From Malacoraja senta (lineage: Eukaryota): a stretch of 64,000 nt of DNA. The stretch covers positions 11,100,001 to 11,164,000 of the forward strand of contig CM075988.1 in assembly GCA_038087875.1 (NCBI GenBank), in the 5' to 3' direction. Made by a program: the position numbers and the translations under genes. This document shows positions 60,948 through 64,000 of the stretch, piece by piece. Numbering within the stretch: position 1 is the first letter of the stretch; each line of letters opens with the position of its first letter. The notes beneath the pieces are model-generated. The model saw nothing but the letters and a program-made list of their open reading frames with translations, was not told the origin of the DNA and did not search any database.

Positions 60948-61892
60948 AACCATTGAAATGAACATCATCCAAGGAGCATTACAATTTAGAATAAGTTAGA
61001 ATTTAACAGCAGAAACAAATAAATATGGAAAGATAATAAGTTGGTTGAAAGGGAAAAGTGTAGCATGAAATGTAAAAGCATGAAAGTGTAGCATGAAATG
61101 TAGCATCGAAAATTTGAAAAAATAAATATATATTTTTCAATGTCAGAAAGATGGACTGGCAATAATTAGCATTCAGCAGGTTGTAAAAGGATGCAGGATT
61201 ACTTGGCTTATCTTCGGGTGGTGAGTTAGATTTGTGCTGTCCAAGCAGGCATTGGAACATAATGCTGGTTATTGCAGTTAAATGCTGAAGCACCGGTTGA
61301 GATGCAACTTCTACAAACTTAATGGCAAAACATTGAATCCCTGACAGCAACTCATTCATTTCCGTGTTCAAGCGCAAATCCACTCTGTCTCAGTGTAACA
61401 GTCGTGCATAAACAATAATGAACATAATTAGCCACATTCATATGTTAACAGCAGATTCTGGGCCATTTTAGTTACCATATTATATTTTTACACTGCCTTC
61501 AGTATATTGGCTTTGGTGCCAAGTTGTGGAGATAGGATTAGCAGCAGCATTGTTGGAGAGGTATTGGATTGATGCCATGTGGCTGAAGAAGTCCTTTGCG
61601 ATTTACTTAGCATTGCTGTAAGTATGTTCCAACAGAAGGGAGACAAAAAACACAACTTCTCATTCTGTAATCGAGTGATTGCTTCATCATGCATAACTTT
61701 TGGACTGCTTTCAAAGTTTTGAATTGATTCTTATTTTCTTTGACACAAGTATCTCCACGTGCCAGGAACCTTAATTGTGGAGATTTATCAGTGGTCCATT
61801 GCAAGACTCCTTCAAATATTTCACTGTCGGAGGCAAATAAAACTTGTCATTTTGTTCTTCTCAACCATGCACATCTGGATCTTCAGAAGAAT

Positions 61893-62183
61893 TAGTTTAG
61901 TTTGGAGGTACAGTGTGGAAACAGGCCCTTCGGCCCACTATGTCTGCACCGACCAGCAATCTCCATACATTAGCACTTATCCTACACAGTGGGACAATTT
62001 ATAATCTTTACCAAAGCCAATTAACTGACAAACATGTAAGTCTTTCAAATGTGGGAGGAAACCGGAGCACCGGGGAAAACACGCGGTTACATCATGCACA
62101 TACAAACTCCGTACAGACAGCACCCATAGACAGGATCTAACCCAGTCTCTGGCACTGTAAGGCAGCTACTCTACTGCTGCACC
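61893..62183 (-). mobile_element. HE1-type V-SINE
   Basis: Tail GGAAACAGGCCCTTCGGCCC, V-domain and head on the minus strand. Confidence 0.85.
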
Positions 62184-62769
62184 TCACATTGTGATTTAAG
62201 ATAGCTATAAATTGGATTTATTGATAATTGTTAAGAGCAAATGTAAATAAAAGATTTTAAGTTGTGCACTTGATTTGCTTATTTTCTCTTCAAACAGTGA
62301 TGATTACAAAATCAGGTAACTTGTATGGAGAGAGGAAGAGTTAAGGTTTCAGGACAATGACTTTTCAAGAAAGTGAGGTACAGGATGGTGGCTGAGTTAA
62401 CTAAACCAATGAGTCATTCACATATCTAGCAATGGGAAAGATGAAGTAGCTTTTTCCCACTTGCATCAATTATATCTTTGACATCCTGTACCAATTTTGG
62501 TTTCCATACCTCTGCTTTTGATTTTGAACAAGTGAATGCAGTTAAAAGAAGAAGTGTTCATTGTGGAAAGGAGGGGAACAGTTGGAGCATAAATTCAAGG
62601 AAGAAGTAAAAGGACCCTCAGACCATCTTTGTGTGGGATGGTGTAGAGAGATTGTATGGCTATTATGAAGATGAGATGTCATGTATGTAAGTGAGAAAAA
62701 GGTGGACAAAAAGGAAAACATATATAGAATTAAGGCAGTAGGAAATAGGTTATTTGGGACAAGAATATG

Positions 62770-63566
62770 AAAGGCTTGCTGTGCTTTCATAGGTTGGAGC
62801 ATTAAACATAAGTCAGGAAGTCATGATGCAGCTTGAAAGGACTTTGGTTAGGTTACATTTGGAGTATTGTGTGCAGTTACATAGATACATAGAAATTAGG
62901 TGCAGGAGTAGGCCATTCGGCCCTTCGAGCCTGCACCGCCATTCAATACGATCATGGCTGATCATCCAACTCAGTATCCCGTACCTGCCTTCTCTCCATA
63001 CCCCCTGATCCCTTTAGCCACAAGGGCCACATCTAATTCCCTCTTAAATATAGCTCATCCCATTACTAGAAGGATGTGGAGACTTTGGAAAGGGTGCAGA
63101 AGAGGTTTACCAGACGATGGCTGGATTAGCAGGTATTAGCTACAGGAGGAGGTTGGTCAGACTTGGATTGTATTCTCTGGAATGCTAAGGGTTAAGGGAG
63201 GACCTGATAGAAGTGTATATAATGATGAGAGGCATACATAGAGTAGATGGTTAGAATCTTTTTCCCAGGATCCAAAAATCAAATACAAGAAGGCAAAGCT
63301 TTCAGGTGAGAGGGGCAACATTTAAAGGAGGTGTGTGGGGCAAGATATTTACACGGATGGTAGTGAGTGTGTGGAATGCATTGCCAGGGGAGGTAGTTGA
63401 AGCAGATATGTTAGTGGCATTTAAAATATTTTAGATAGACAAGTGGATATGTTTGGAATGGGGGGATATGGATTATATGCAGGTAAATGTGATTGTCTTG
63501 GCATCATATTCAGTATGGACATTGTGGGCCGAAGGGCCTGTTCTTTGAGCTGCACTGTTCTATGTT
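62770..63566 (+). mobile_element. CR1 3' fragment with a younger inverted CR1 tail nested at 62879-63055
   Basis: The host reads QLERTLVRLHLEYCVQ. The insert is nearly identical to 18235-18416. Confidence 0.88.
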
Positions 63567-64000
63567 CTTTTAATAATCAGAAACAGGCTGTGCATGGATA
63601 GGGAACTACAAGGCTGGAGACTATGGGGAAATGGTCTCCAGTAGAAATAAGGCCAGTGACTCTCTGATGTTCACTCATGGGATTATGATCTAGTGGCATG
63701 CATGAAAATATGCCAGAGAGCCTTTGTGTAGTTGAGGTTTATGTGACTCCAGATTTCTTTCCCTATTCTGAAATGCAATTTGACTTTTTGAATAATCCAA
63801 GCATTTTCTGTTTTTATGCTGCATTTCCAGCTCTAATTTCTCTGTTTTTCATAGCCTTTTGTGCAGCAGAGTTTTAAATTGCTTCCCTCTTTTACTCTAC
63901 ACGTCTACTTCCTTTGATTGTGTCATAGAAGCAAGAAATCTCAAACGTAATAGAAAAAAAGCAACATGCAGTAATAATAAACCATAATTTTGGAGATTCT

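Overview
This is eukaryotic, vertebrate, repeat-rich non-coding DNA. The repeat content points to a cartilaginous fish, most likely a skate or ray (inference). It includes HE1-type V-SINEs with CR1 tails, many CR1 and Rex1/Babar LINE fragments, Penelope-like elements (PLEs) and a DeuSINE. I found no intact host protein-coding gene, rRNA, true tRNA or CRISPR array. Nearly all ORFs in the track are retroelement fragments, antisense shadows, low-complexity sequence or chance ORFs. Main contents: a young 2.7-kb 5'-truncated CR1 LINE (18235-20965); a 1.7-kb Rex1/Babar RT fragment; a PLE GIY-YIG fragment; many short PLE-derived fold-back units with hammerhead-ribozyme-like cores and 10-15 bp target-site duplications (TSDs); two near-identical SINEs resembling the teleost AFC CORE-SINE family; three PIF/Harbinger MITEs; a 1.2-kb hAT-like element full of nested hairpins; a hAT-Charlie MITE; a Helitron-like element; and a 200-N assembly gap. 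Several repeat-free AT-rich islands look like conserved non-coding elements of a gene desert or large intron. All family assignments come from recognising motifs by eye, with no database search. Boundaries of degraded copies are approximate.
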